Shown in pieces: positions 30,188 through 40,764 of a stretch of DNA of 64,000 nt. The position numbers and the translations under genes are program-made. Origin of the DNA: a virus (taxonomy: Duplodnaviria; Caudoviricetes); the IMG/VR virus record IMGVR_UViG_3300032332_002377; one strand, 5' to 3'. A model generated the notes under the pieces. That model saw only the letters and a list, made by a program, of their open reading frames with translations, was not told the origin of the DNA and searched no databases. How positions within the stretch are numbered: the stretch's first letter is position 1; the number at the start of each line of letters is the position of its first letter.

Positions 30188-31395
30188 GGATTAACTGTAT
30201 TGAGATTGACACGTTCTTTAGATTTGTACGGAAAGTTATATAGCTCGTAGTATTTATTGATGTTTTCTTCGTTTTCTAAAAATCTAGATTCAGCAACTTT
30301 TCTTGCTTTAGCACATGTATTCATGTATTTGCCTTTCTTGGAAAGCGTTGTAACAACTTGATCAACCATCTCATCACCCGTCTTGAATTTTATAGGTGCA
30401 TCTTCATACGTACATAAATCCTGACATGCAATTGGAATGCCATAACATGACGCCTCAATATACTTTAAGTCGCTCTTCGCTTTGTTGAAAGTGCTATCCT
30501 GTAGAGGAGCTACCATCATGTTGCATTTTAAATTGTAAATTTTTTCGGGGTAGTTATATAGCTGCGACCATGGGTGGAATTCTATCTTACCTTCGCGTAC
30601 AAAAGGAGTTAATCTAAGAGGAAATGCACCGAGAAATACCCATTGAAACTTATCTACTGTCTTAGCAATTACATCAAATACATGTGCGAAGTCATCATTT
30701 TGATTTACTCTATTATCTACGTCAAAATGTGCGCCTGACCCGGCATACAAAATACGAGGACGCTTTTCATATGCATCATAATTATCAGAGATCTTCTTTT
30801 CATTATAAAAATTACCCATCCACCATTTGGGTGGGTAATTAGGAATCACTGTTACATTCTGATTTTTAGTCTTGGATTTATAATAATCGCGCATAAAATT
30901 ACATGTAACTGTAACTTCATCGCACATTTCCATAATTTCTTGACAATTTTTTCTGATTGACGGATCAGTAAAAGCTGGTTTAAATTTGTTATAGTCAGGA
31001 ATATCCTCACTAAAAACTAAGTCATCTATTTCGTAGATGATCTTAAAGCCCATTTGTTGAGAAATGCGCTTCAAGTGTCTGACAAACTCAAGCTGATGAC
31101 TAGTAGCTTGCCTCTGAATACGTACAGTCTTAACGCCGCGATAATAATTAGGATCAAGCACCATAACAGTGCTGCCATGTACTATCATTTTTTGATGCGC
31201 ATTTAGTAAGTGCTCTGGCCAAATCATACGCCAAAAGCCACAGCCACTATAATCAGCATAATAATTAAGAGAGCGTGTAAGGTTTAATTCAGGTGGCACT
31301 GGTAGATCTTGTTTTGGTGCTACGGGTGCTTGTGGAGCGGCATATGCTGGAGCAAAAGGTGAAGCAAAGGGAGAGACAAATGGGCTTGAAAACAT
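30184..31395 (-). CDS. GT-B fold glycosyltransferase
   Basis: GCGFWRM..P, RIQRQ, YEIDD, VIPN, APLQDSTFNKAKSDLKYIE. Confidence 0.8.
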   Translation of the reverse strand: MFSSPFVSPFASPFAPAYAAPQAPVAPKQDLPVPPELNLTRSLNYYADYSGCGFWRMIWPEHLLNAHQKMIVHGSTVMVLDPNYYRGVKTVRIQRQATSHQLEFVRHLKRISQQMGFKIIYEIDDLVFSEDIPDYNKFKPAFTDPSIRKNCQEIMEMCDEVTVTCNFMRDYYKSKTKNQNVTVIPNYPPKWWMGNFYNEKKISDNYDAYEKRPRILYAGSGAHFDVDNRVNQNDDFAHVFDVIAKTVDKFQWVFLGAFPLRLTPFVREGKIEFHPWSQLYNYPEKIYNLKCNMMVAPLQDSTFNKAKSDLKYIEASCYGIPIACQDLCTYEDAPIKFKTGDEMVDQVVTTLSKKGKYMNTCAKARKVAESRFLENEENINKYYELYNFPYKSKERVNLNTVNP

Positions 31396-31405
31396 GACGT
31401 ATATA

Positions 31406-33217
31406 TTAACTACTATATTCTATATAATCAACTTTGCGTGTAATACCGTTGCTCTTCTCTAAGAAGATAATATCACCAGTAGCAGCTTTAATGCTTTCTT
31501 TTCTATGACTTATAACCATTGCACATTCATCAAACTTCTCTACTCTCTCCTTAAGAATATTAATTACTAGCTCAACACCCTTCTCATCAAGGGATGAATC
31601 AAACAACTCATCATATATAGAGAAATTAAAAGATACATTACCTTGAAGCCTGCGAATATCCATGAAAGCAAAAAGACATGCTAAATCAACATTCTTTCTT
31701 TCTGCTCCACTAAAATTGAAATACGAGCAATCTTTGCCTTTATCATCAACAATAGTTTCTTCAAAATACTCATTAAAAGTGCATAAACAATTAGCATCCA
31801 TTTTTTTCAGGTAATATGCTAGCTTGGTGTTGAATAATTGTAAGATTTTTTTAACAATAAAAGATTTAACACCTTCTTCAGACATAATAAATTTAACAGT
31901 ATCTAGTTTATTAAGATTTTGCTTTATTTCATCAATTTGTAATTTAGATTTTTCTTGTTTTTCTTTATTTTCTTTAATAATGTCATCAAAATTTGTAACG
32001 TTAGATTGTATTTCTTTTAGATCAACATCTAGTTCTTTTTGCCATTGATTGAGCTGGTTTAATCGCGACACTAGAGAATCTTTCTCTTGATTCTGCATTT
32101 TTATTTCATGAATCTTTTGTCTTGTTACTTCTGTTTTTTCTGTTAAAAGTGTCTTTGCTTGCTTATATTTCTGTTCTTCGGTTTTTAGCGTCTTGTTATC
32201 ACTAGTAAAATTATCAATTTGTTCTTGTATTTTTTTCTTTTCTTCTTTTATATGTTTCTTATCTTTATCCTCAATTGAGCGTAAACAGATGGGACAAAGA
32301 TCAGCATCAGTCCCTACATTTTTAATTTTCTTTTCAAGCTCAGAAATTAAAGTAATATTAGTAGTGAGATCTTCTCTTAATTCATTTATTTTTTTATCTG
32401 CTTTTTCAATTTTTTGCTCCGTTTCCTCTATAGTTTTTTCAAGATCATCTATACTTTTAGTGGAGAACGTATCCAATCTTTTTTGTATTGTTTGTATTTC
32501 TTTCTGATTATTTTCTTTACGTAAAGCATACTTTTCATGCTTTTTATTTCTCTCTTCAAGAAATTTGTCTTTTTGCTTTTCAAGAGAAATTAAATTTGTA
32601 CTCATTTCATCATATTTTGCTGAAAGAATATTGAAGCTGTTCTTTTTCTCATTAAGTTCGTTCTTAGCCTCAGCTAACATAGAGCCAAAAATAGAAAGAT
32701 TAAAGATGTCTTCAATAAACTTGCGCTTTTCTTGTTTCTTCTTAGCCATGAAAGGTATGTGATTATTCAATGTCATAATCACACAATTCTGAAATATCTC
32801 AGGTGTACAGTCAAATTTTTCCATAATAAACGTGCTTGTGTTGCTTATGCTGTCTCTTGTCTTGTCTTCACCATTAACAAAAATAAAACACTTGGATGGA
32901 TCTAGAGTTCTTATAATTTGAATCTCATCTTTAGCAGTAGGCGTAATGACATCAACATCTAATACAATCTCACATGTCTTCTTATTGATATTATTGATAA
33001 TAAATTCTTTCTTAAGGTCTCTAAGTGTTTCACCAAATACAGCGAAATAAATTGCATCTGCTACAGTGGATTTACCTACACCGTTTCTTCTGTCCTCTTT
33101 ATCTTTATTGATACCTGTAATAATATGAAGGCCGGATTTAAAATCTATAACTACAGGTGTATTGCCTACAGACAGAAAGTTTTTAATAGTTATTTTCTTA
33201 AAAAATATTTTTTTCAT
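31406..33217 (-). CDS. gp46: Recombination endonuclease subunit, SbcC/Rad50-like
   Basis: NGVGKST, coiled coil with CPIC hook, FSGAE signature, DELFDSSLD, ISH. Confidence 0.95.
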   Translation of the reverse strand: MKKIFFKKITIKNFLSVGNTPVVIDFKSGLHIITGINKDKEDRRNGVGKSTVADAIYFAVFGETLRDLKKEFIINNINKKTCEIVLDVDVITPTAKDEIQIIRTLDPSKCFIFVNGEDKTRDSISNTSTFIMEKFDCTPEIFQNCVIMTLNNHIPFMAKKKQEKRKFIEDIFNLSIFGSMLAEAKNELNEKKNSFNILSAKYDEMSTNLISLEKQKDKFLEERNKKHEKYALRKENNQKEIQTIQKRLDTFSTKSIDDLEKTIEETEQKIEKADKKINELREDLTTNITLISELEKKIKNVGTDADLCPICLRSIEDKDKKHIKEEKKKIQEQIDNFTSDNKTLKTEEQKYKQAKTLLTEKTEVTRQKIHEIKMQNQEKDSLVSRLNQLNQWQKELDVDLKEIQSNVTNFDDIIKENKEKQEKSKLQIDEIKQNLNKLDTVKFIMSEEGVKSFIVKKILQLFNTKLAYYLKKMDANCLCTFNEYFEETIVDDKGKDCSYFNFSGAERKNVDLACLFAFMDIRRLQGNVSFNFSIYDELFDSSLDEKGVELVINILKERVEKFDECAMVISHRKESIKAATGDIIFLEKSNGITRKVDYIEYSS

Positions 33218-34284
33218 TTACATTTTTTATATAGTTCTTGACAATAGGTTATTATACTTTGTTTGTCTTGAATATCTAGCATATTGACAAATTCTTCAAT
33301 AGCTTTCTCAATATCAATGCCAGACATATCAACACCTGTATCATCTACAACAGCAATATTAGTGTTAACCTTGTAATCAATTGATGCAGAGAATGGTTTA
33401 TAATTAGATATCTTTTTAATTAAAGCATCTATGTTGTCAGATGTTACCTGCTTATCAACTATGAGTTTTACTATATTATTTTCAACAATATCTTTAAGAT
33501 TTATTTTTTCTTTGGATGTTTGATCCATGAGTTCAGATAGTGATAACTTCTTGTGTTTAGGTGATGATGTATTCTCAAAGAATGTTAAGCTCGAATCGCT
33601 TAAGTCAAGAATATAGTAACCTTTTGTTGACCCTGTATCTCCAAAGTCCATCTCAAATGGGTTGCCTACATAAACAATTCTCTTACCATTGTAATCGCGC
33701 TCTTCTCTGAGATGAAAGTGTCCTGTGAGAACAAGATCTGCTTTATCAAGCAATTCAGATGTTTTCGTTCCTTTATCGCAAAGTTTATAGCTATTCATTT
33801 TAAAACTCTCAATTTCAAAATGGCCAAATATTATATCTTGCTTAGGCTTGTCTTGTATAGATTCTCCCCATGGTACAAAAAGAATTTTCTTACCAAATAA
33901 AGTTGCAGATGTTGTAGATGAAATTACTGTAACGTTCTTTCTTTCATTGAAGATAGATATAGAATTAACATCAGATCTATCTTTGTAATATGCGTCATGA
34001 TTGCCAACTAATAGGACTATATTAAACTTCTTCCAGAGCTTAAAGATTTCATTTACTGTGTGTAATGTGTTTACAGCAATTTCATCTCTATAGTGAAATA
34101 TGTCACCAAGAATAAAGATGTCTGTAATTTTTTTACTTGTTAATTCTTGTGCGAGCCATTTAGCCCAACTTAGTGCAGTGTCATGCCAATAGATGCTGTT
34201 CTGATGTACACCTATATGTAAATCAGCAATACAGCATACTTTATTACTTTGAGTAATTATTTCTATTTTATGATCCTGTGGCAT
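33214..34284 (-). CDS. gp47: Recombination nuclease subunit, SbcD/Mre11-like
   Basis: ADLHIG, GDIFH, GNHD, GHFE, GHFH; start at 34284 or 34305. Confidence 0.95.
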   Translation of the reverse strand: MPQDHKIEIITQSNKVCCIADLHIGVHQNSIYWHDTALSWAKWLAQELTSKKITDIFILGDIFHYRDEIAVNTLHTVNEIFKLWKKFNIVLLVGNHDAYYKDRSDVNSISIFNERKNVTVISSTTSATLFGKKILFVPWGESIQDKPKQDIIFGHFEIESFKMNSYKLCDKGTKTSELLDKADLVLTGHFHLREERDYNGKRIVYVGNPFEMDFGDTGSTKGYYILDLSDSSLTFFENTSSPKHKKLSLSELMDQTSKEKINLKDIVENNIVKLIVDKQVTSDNIDALIKKISNYKPFSASIDYKVNTNIAVVDDTGVDMSGIDIEKAIEEFVNMLDIQDKQSIITYCQELYKKCK

Positions 34285-34855
34285 TATAATTATCGTTTTC
34301 TTCATTGCTAGATGGGTCTACATATATGTTATAAGGATTATAACCAGCTTCCCCATCGCATGAAGTTAACAGATCAGTGTAAATTTTATCGCGATAGTTT
34401 GTAACAGTCTCGTGATGCTTCTTTTCTTTCTTAATGCGATTAATAAATGCATGAAAAGCAATTGTTGTAAAATATGAGAAAGGGCTAAACCCACTATTAA
34501 GTTTAAATTTTTTATTCTTAAGAGCAGATACCATTTTTACAATTGCATCCCCTATCATATCGTCCTTATAGGAGTAGTTTATAAAATTTGGAGCATAAGA
34601 AAGACCATGTGCTATTTTATTAATTGAATCACCAAGTTTAATAGAAATCTTATCACTTAAATAAAATTTTTGAATCTCATCCTCAAACTCTCTGCTATTG
34701 ACATAGTGTACTTTTTCTTTACCTCTTGGTTTTTTGGGTTCAACTAACGATGCAGGAATTGCTAATGCACCTACATCCTGATCAAGAACTGGAGCTGTCT
34801 CTTTTTGCTTATTCTTGGATTTCTTTGATTTGGTATGTGATATTTTCTTTTTCAT
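34268..34855 (-). CDS. gp55: Late-transcription sigma factor
   Basis: HYVNSREF, IAHGLS..PNFINYSYKDDMIGD, PFSYFTTIAFHAFINRIKKEKK. Confidence 0.93.
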   Translation of the reverse strand: MKKKISHTKSKKSKNKQKETAPVLDQDVGALAIPASLVEPKKPRGKEKVHYVNSREFEDEIQKFYLSDKISIKLGDSINKIAHGLSYAPNFINYSYKDDMIGDAIVKMVSALKNKKFKLNSGFSPFSYFTTIAFHAFINRIKKEKKHHETVTNYRDKIYTDLLTSCDGEAGYNPYNIYVDPSSNEENDNYNATGS

Positions 34856-36263
34856 AAAGTGTTTTGCGTTTTAAAAAATGTTGTTCTCCATAGATCAGAT
34901 TATCAGCAATATCGACTATTATAAGCTTATCCTTGTCCTTATGCAACCGCAAACCTCTTCCGATTGATTGTAATATCTTTATTTTTGACTTTCCGCCACC
35001 AGCAAAAACTATATAATGCAGATTTTTAATGTTAATACCTGTGGAAAATATCTTAGATATGGCAATAACAACAACATTGTCTGCTTCTTCCATAGCTTTC
35101 TTAATCTTCTCTCTTTCCTCTACTTCAACTTCTCCACGGATAAAATAAACGCGCTTATTAGTTAATACGCTGTTAAAAAGCGCTTCTAAGATTAATCCAT
35201 GCTCTATATAATCAATTAATATTAAAGTGTTTTTCTGAATCTTATTAGACAGTTTAGCAAGAAAATTATTTCTAAAAGAATTTTTAATTAAAAATTCGGT
35301 TTCTGTACGATATTTATCAGTAGCATTATAATTGTATTCGGGATAAACTGGTTTGATTTTATAATTTAGTAGAAATGCTACAACAGTTGCTGGTGTCACA
35401 AAACTTTCCAATCTTAATTGGTAGCTTGATTTTTCATAAATTACAGGGCCAATTTTTCCTATAATATTCCATTGATCGAGATTATCTTCAGGCAGTGTTC
35501 CTGTAAATCCAAACCTGAAAGGTGTTTTAATTTTTTTAATGAGCTTATTGATTTCATTACCTCTTCTAAGCTTATGCACCTCGTCAATAACTAAAACATC
35601 AATGTCTTCTATCCAAGTTAAATCACTATTTTTACTCTGAAGTATACCGAGATTAGCAACAACAGTATTTGTTGATGGATTTAATTCACTACTTCCTGTC
35701 CATTTGCTGGTAGTAAAAGGTACTTTATAAGATAAAAAATCACTTGATGTTTGTTCTGCAAGGCTCAAATCAGGAACAATAATTAGACATTTAAAATTTT
35801 TATTCATAGTCCAGATATTTGATAATAGGGAAGCCATAGTTAATGTCTTACCGCCTGCAGTTGCTAGCATTACAGTGCCTCTACCAAGTGTTAAAGCTTT
35901 TGTTACAATTTCACTCTGATAGTCTCTAAGCTCAAGCGCTAGGGGATAAGGCTTGAGCGAGAAAGTGGGGTTCTTGTGCCATGTGTTGTTTGCTGGTGCA
36001 ATTTCATGAAGAAATTCAGGAGTTATTTCAATTGTTTGAGGATATTGATTATTTGTTAAAAATTTTTTAATTTCAAAATATATACAAGGCTCAAATCTAC
36101 CAGTTGGTGTAATAGCATAGGTACGCTGCGGTATAAAGCGAGAAAACCGTCTCGCAAATCTTGCAGCTTCATTTTTAACTGAAAAGTGTTCTCTTATCTC
36201 ATTAAACAGATCACCAGAAAGAATACCCAATCTTTTTTTATCGTCGAAACTTATACTAATCAT
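34809..36263 (-). CDS. uvsW: SF2 DNA helicase
   Basis: LRDYQ, ATAGGKT, DEVH, GFTGT, STGINIKNLH, QSIGRGLR. Confidence 0.93.
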   Translation of the reverse strand: MISISFDDKKRLGILSGDLFNEIREHFSVKNEAARFARRFSRFIPQRTYAITPTGRFEPCIYFEIKKFLTNNQYPQTIEITPEFLHEIAPANNTWHKNPTFSLKPYPLALELRDYQSEIVTKALTLGRGTVMLATAGGKTLTMASLLSNIWTMNKNFKCLIIVPDLSLAEQTSSDFLSYKVPFTTSKWTGSSELNPSTNTVVANLGILQSKNSDLTWIEDIDVLVIDEVHKLRRGNEINKLIKKIKTPFRFGFTGTLPEDNLDQWNIIGKIGPVIYEKSSYQLRLESFVTPATVVAFLLNYKIKPVYPEYNYNATDKYRTETEFLIKNSFRNNFLAKLSNKIQKNTLILIDYIEHGLILEALFNSVLTNKRVYFIRGEVEVEEREKIKKAMEEADNVVVIAISKIFSTGINIKNLHYIVFAGGGKSKIKILQSIGRGLRLHKDKDKLIIVDIADNLIYGEQHFLKRKTLYEKENITYQIKEIQE

Positions 36264-36649
36264 GTTGTTTCAAGTTTTATAATATCAATTAGATTTTTTA
36301 AATCATAAGAAGCGCTAGATAATGTTTTTTCTGCTTTCTCTAGCAATTCTACAATTAACTGCAGCTCATTAATTTTTTTATCATACTCTTTCAATTCATC
36401 TGCATTTTCAACTAATTTATCTAAAACTGGGAGAGATGGTTTAACAGCAGAATTTTCTAATATTTTTTCTTTTATATTTCTCTTGAGACTGTCTTTTTTG
36501 TTCTTTAAATCAAACATCTCAGACTTATGCCTAATACATCTACCAGCCCATTTATGTTTAATTCCAGGTAATCTAAGTGTATAATCCTTAAGATACAGCT
36601 CATCTATCTTTAAATCGTTCTCTAATTCTTTTATATAGTCGTTAAGCAC
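36260..36649 (-). CDS. uvsY: Recombination mediator
   Basis: DLKIDE...LPGIKHKW, helical; directly upstream of uvsW. Confidence 0.75.
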   Translation of the reverse strand: MLNDYIKELENDLKIDELYLKDYTLRLPGIKHKWAGRCIRHKSEMFDLKNKKDSLKRNIKEKILENSAVKPSLPVLDKLVENADELKEYDKKINELQLIVELLEKAEKTLSSASYDLKNLIDIIKLETT

Positions 36650-36682
36650 ATATAAATAATAGTATAAAGGTATTAATTATCA

Positions 36683-36937
36683 ATGATATCATTCAAGCAA
36701 TATTATAATGAACAAAATACGGCTGGAGCTGGAGGCGCATTAGGCTCTTGGACTAGTACAGGTGGTCAATTTCCGGCATCTGGTGATGCAGGTTATGCAC
36801 CAGGAGATGCAAGACAATTGAGTCCTTATGGTCCTGCGGGCGCTGTACTTGGTGCAAAAATAAAAGGCAAGGGTAAGAAAAAGAAAGTAAAGCTTAATAT
36901 ACAGCGCAGACCGTTGCCAGGTTTGACATTGAAGTAA
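36683..36937 (+). CDS. Small Gly/Lys-rich protein with capsid-targeting-like N-terminus
   Basis: MISFKQYYNEQ; TATAAATA at 36651-36658. Confidence 0.6.
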   Translation: MISFKQYYNEQNTAGAGGALGSWTSTGGQFPASGDAGYAPGDARQLSPYGPAGAVLGAKIKGKGKKKKVKLNIQRRPLPGLTLK

Positions 36938-36944
36938 ATATATA

Positions 36945-37361
36945 ATGGATTTAGGTCATTGGCTTGTTAATGAAGGTGTTATTTTTAATGAAGAAACATT
37001 TGGCTTTATTTACGAAATAATTAATACTGCAACTGGTAAGAAATATATTGGCAAAAAACAGTGTAAAACAAAATTAAAAAGAAAACCATTAAAAGGTAAA
37101 AAAAATAAACGAATTGAAATAAAGGATTCAGATTGGAGAGAGTATACTAGTTCATCAACTGAGCTAAATGAAGATATAAAAAAGTATGGTAAAAATAAAT
37201 TTATTTTTAAAATTATAAAAATTTGTGGCAGCAAGTGGGAGCTTGCTTATTTTGAAATTAAAGAACAAATAGACAAAAATGTACTATTCCGGGAAGATTA
37301 TTATAACGGTATTATAAATGTCAGAATAGGGCGGCCTCCAAAAAAATTGCTTGAAGACTGA
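36945..37361 (+). CDS. Small GIY-YIG-family nuclease
   Basis: FGFIYEI...KKYIGKK, WREYTSSS, E...YYN. Confidence 0.75.
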   Translation: MDLGHWLVNEGVIFNEETFGFIYEIINTATGKKYIGKKQCKTKLKRKPLKGKKNKRIEIKDSDWREYTSSSTELNEDIKKYGKNKFIFKIIKICGSKWELAYFEIKEQIDKNVLFREDYYNGIINVRIGRPPKKLLED

Positions 37362-37383
37362 TAATTTATAGGCATACTATATT

Positions 37384-37947
37384 GTGCTTAGGGAACTAGT
37401 AAAAGACCAATATAATCTTCAGATTTTTAATTATGAGTATATATTTAAAAATTATATTGAGAGGCAATTTATAGATGATCTCTATAGCTATAAACTCTTA
37501 GAAAAAAAGAAAGACTCAACTGTACGGCGCTTGTTTATTCATCACAATATTCATGCAATATGTGATTATATTCTAAAAGAGAAAAAGAAAGGTAAACAAG
37601 TACTGTTTTTTGACTATCATAATTTATTGGAAGGTGAGATATTAGAATATATAGAAGAAAGCAGAATTAAAAGCTATCTTAATTACACCTATCATAAGAT
37701 AAAATCTACACTGCCAATGCGCATATATTTCTCTACTTTTTCTTTTGAATACTTTATACATAAGTATGAGAAGAATGCAGGCATAGGTATAGAAACTATG
37801 CTTAAAATTAGAAACTTAGCAGAAAATAACGGTTTTGAGAAGTTTACCTTTGAAAAAGTAAAGAAATTTGTTAAAAGAGAAGAACTAACCTTTTTAGATA
37901 AAACCTATTTTAATAGCTTAAAATCTAAACAATTACTCATTAATTGA
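37384..37947 (+). CDS. Hypothetical protein
   Basis: TTGAAG-16-CATACT promoter 5 nt before GTG. Confidence 0.6.
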   Translation: MLRELVKDQYNLQIFNYEYIFKNYIERQFIDDLYSYKLLEKKKDSTVRRLFIHHNIHAICDYILKEKKKGKQVLFFDYHNLLEGEILEYIEESRIKSYLNYTYHKIKSTLPMRIYFSTFSFEYFIHKYEKNAGIGIETMLKIRNLAENNGFEKFTFEKVKKFVKREELTFLDKTYFNSLKSKQLLIN

Positions 37948-37959
37948 TAAATATTAATA

Positions 37960-38391
37960 ATGAGATTTCTTCAAAAGCTTAATGAATATGTTGTTTCTTT
38001 AGAGCAAGATGAGCAGTCAATTAACACGCAAGCAGCTCCTGCAGAGCCAGCTCCTAAAACTAAGAAAGAAATACAGAAAGTTGATGTTGCTCCAGAGGGT
38101 TATACTGAGATGGTTAGGCTAATGGCAAAAGCATTAGTAATGAATGTTCCTCCGGAGGCTATTGATGATCTATTTACTACAAAAGTAACAGGTGAGAACG
38201 TTGAAGCTATAAGAGAAGGGTTAGAAGATTTAATTAACACATCATCCAATTATCAAGACAATCCCGAAAGATTAGAAAATCCTCATTTTAAAGCATTCTA
38301 TAATTCGGTTAATGAGAAAAATTTTTATAAAAAATTTAAAGAAGTTGTTAGCATGATGAAGAAATATAGTAACGATATAGATTTTTCTTGA
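37960..38391 (+). CDS. Late hypothetical protein with capsid-targeting-like N-terminus
   Basis: TAAATA 6 nt upstream; MRFLQKLNEYVVSLEQ. Confidence 0.65.
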   Translation: MRFLQKLNEYVVSLEQDEQSINTQAAPAEPAPKTKKEIQKVDVAPEGYTEMVRLMAKALVMNVPPEAIDDLFTTKVTGENVEAIREGLEDLINTSSNYQDNPERLENPHFKAFYNSVNEKNFYKKFKEVVSMMKKYSNDIDFS

Positions 38392-38392
38392 T

Positions 38393-39532
38393 ATGAAAAG
38401 GTATAGGCCGTTAGATGAGATTTATGTAAAAGAATCGTGTGGTAAAGTTCTGCCGCCGCTTCCTAGGCAAATACTTGAGCGTGTAAAAATATCTGTTCAA
38501 ACTGACACAGGAGAAACAGAAAACTATACAGTTTCAGATTCTTGGTATAATAAAGCTATTAAAGATAAACTTTCTGTTGGAAGTCAAAATCTTGATACTT
38601 ACTATGAATTAATACATTTAAGATGTGTTGATGCTGGTATTCTTCCAGCTGGTCATGAAGATATAAATGCAAATGAAGTAAAAGTTTTATACAATTATAT
38701 TCTTTCCATAACGGGTCAAGATAAAATTAATGCATTTTTTGAGAAATTTGTAGATGAAGGTCAGAAAGCAGCTGCAATATTTGTAAGTGAAATAGATAAG
38801 AATGAAAAATTTAATGTATTTGATTTGCTGAGTTCCTTTTATGGTGTAAAATTTGTTTATAGTGAAGATGTTTTTAAACTAAGGCCATTAGCTGCAGCTC
38901 AAAAAACTAGAGGCGCGCCAGGACCAGGAGAGGCTTTTATAGCATTTTTCTTCTTTAGTAAAAAGCCTGAGGTTGGTGATTTAAGTATACCTGCAGGTAA
39001 CAAATTTGTTGAAATAGAAATAAAGAAACAAGGTGGTAGAATAGGCAAAGGTCTTAATATAGAGAGTGGTAAATTAGGAAGACGTCTATATCCAAATCTT
39101 AAAACTTTAGACACAAATGTATTAAAGGAATTTGTTGAATTTTATAATTTACAAACAGTGGGCGACATTCTCCTGGGTAATAAAACATTTCCTGGTATTA
39201 CAGGAGTTAGAGCTATTCCAAATCAAAACTTAGATCAGAATTTTTTTGAGCAATCATTAGATTATTTTGTTAAAGCTTTTAGTAGTTTAGAGGTTTTGCA
39301 ACAATTTATAGGTGTAATACAAATGAAGAACTATTTTTCAAAAATAAAAGAATTTGATAGTATATTAATTTTTACTGAAACCGGTTTAGCTATAGGATTT
39401 AAGAGAGAATATGTGCTGAACAATTCTACTTCTGATGTGGCTAATAACCTGCTTGCTAAGAAAGTTTATTTAAAAAGAAAGACTGAAGCTGGTATATTAT
39501 TTGATTCAGATGGCTTCAGAATTGTTATATGA
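38393..39532 (+). CDS. Putative PD-(D/E)xK nuclease
   Basis: GPGE...VGDL...VEIEIKKQGGR restriction-endonuclease-like core. Confidence 0.55.
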   Translation: MKRYRPLDEIYVKESCGKVLPPLPRQILERVKISVQTDTGETENYTVSDSWYNKAIKDKLSVGSQNLDTYYELIHLRCVDAGILPAGHEDINANEVKVLYNYILSITGQDKINAFFEKFVDEGQKAAAIFVSEIDKNEKFNVFDLLSSFYGVKFVYSEDVFKLRPLAAAQKTRGAPGPGEAFIAFFFFSKKPEVGDLSIPAGNKFVEIEIKKQGGRIGKGLNIESGKLGRRLYPNLKTLDTNVLKEFVEFYNLQTVGDILLGNKTFPGITGVRAIPNQNLDQNFFEQSLDYFVKAFSSLEVLQQFIGVIQMKNYFSKIKEFDSILIFTETGLAIGFKREYVLNNSTSDVANNLLAKKVYLKRKTEAGILFDSDGFRIVI

Positions 39533-40764
39533 ACTCATTCAGAGAATATCTCTTATTAGAAGGTGGAGCTGCTGGGCATATGGCTCATCCTTTTGATCTT
39601 CAGAGCATAAAAAGAGGTACTGACTTGATTCAATTTTTTAAAGCAGCTGTAAAGAGTGTTGAGAGTCAGAAAACTGCAGTTAAGTTTGATGGTCTTAATG
39701 CTAGTGTTAAGATCATAAAGAATGAAGATGGCAGGTATGAATATGCTCTTGATAGAGGCAGTGCAAAAGAAATAGATATAAAAGGTATTACGCAGGCTAA
39801 TCTTGAGCAAAGATTTGAGAAAGGACATGGTATGATAGATGTTGTTAATTTTATACTGCCTATTTTAAATAGTACTATTGATGTTACAAGTGAAGAAATA
39901 AAAAAATTAAACTTACTTAAGCCAGGTGTTTTTCTTAATATTGAGTATATTACCAAGCAAACTAACGTTACACAGTATGATAGAAATATGGTTGTTATAC
40001 ATGGTATAAATCAATTTATTCCGCGTATTGGTAAGAATAACAGAATATTAAGCAGATCTGCTGTTGAAATACCTTATAATAAAAATGTTTTAAACGAGTT
40101 TGTTAAAAAAATTAAGCCAGTATTTGCGCAACATGATTTTGAAGTGTTTGGTCCTACAGGTACAAAATTTGATAAAAAACCAAATTTTGAATCAATTTTA
40201 AACAAACCTTTCGGTATTGCGTTTACTGAAACTGATACAGAAACAAGAACTCTCGGTAATTGGCTCAAGACAGCAAGAAATCCAAAAAATATTTTAATAA
40301 AAAATATTCAAGGTAAAAAAGTACCTGCTATGTCAAAGAATTATTATCAATATGTACTAGGTGGGTCACCTATCAGTAAGCTTGTGGGTGAAGATAAAGC
40401 AGCACAAAAATCTGTTGCTGATGGAGCAATCTTTTACCAAGCTACAAGATTGCTTGGTAATGAGTTGTTGAACTCTCTCTCCTCAGAAGCAGGTGAACTC
40501 AAGCAACATGAGGGTATAGTTATAAGAGATAATAGACTTTCTACTGTACCTGTAAAAATAACGGGAGAATTTATCTTGAAAGGATTAGCTAGTCCTTTCA
40601 AGAAATCAGAGGATGATGAAGATTTGGAAAATACTACAGGTGTATCAGGTTTAATTGGGTCATTAAATTACGCTAACACGACAGGTGATTATATGAATAA
40701 TAAGAGCAAGTATAGATTGCCTCCTTATGATGCACCGCCAAATCCAGGAGCTTATACAGGATGA
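39529..40764 (+). CDS. ATP-dependent ligase-fold nucleotidyltransferase (DUF6267-like)
   Basis: EGGAAGHMAHPFD; motif I VKFDG; NIEY; motif IV HEGIVIR; motif V VKITG. Confidence 0.7.
   Translation: MNSFREYLLLEGGAAGHMAHPFDLQSIKRGTDLIQFFKAAVKSVESQKTAVKFDGLNASVKIIKNEDGRYEYALDRGSAKEIDIKGITQANLEQRFEKGHGMIDVVNFILPILNSTIDVTSEEIKKLNLLKPGVFLNIEYITKQTNVTQYDRNMVVIHGINQFIPRIGKNNRILSRSAVEIPYNKNVLNEFVKKIKPVFAQHDFEVFGPTGTKFDKKPNFESILNKPFGIAFTETDTETRTLGNWLKTARNPKNILIKNIQGKKVPAMSKNYYQYVLGGSPISKLVGEDKAAQKSVADGAIFYQATRLLGNELLNSLSSEAGELKQHEGIVIRDNRLSTVPVKITGEFILKGLASPFKKSEDDEDLENTTGVSGLIGSLNYANTTGDYMNNKSKYRLPPYDAPPNPGAYTG

Noticed and set aside
36945-37361. Mobile homing endonuclease
   Set aside because: Only the catalytic GIY-YIG-like domain, with no DNA-binding extension or intron context; treated as a resident gene.
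37384-37947. Possible RNase H / 5'-3' exonuclease remnant
   Set aside because: Acidic catalytic motifs not identifiable; left as hypothetical.
38393-39532. Candidate for the missing DpdA
   Set aside because: No TGT-like DSG motif or Zn site; the motifs fit a PD-(D/E)xK nuclease better.
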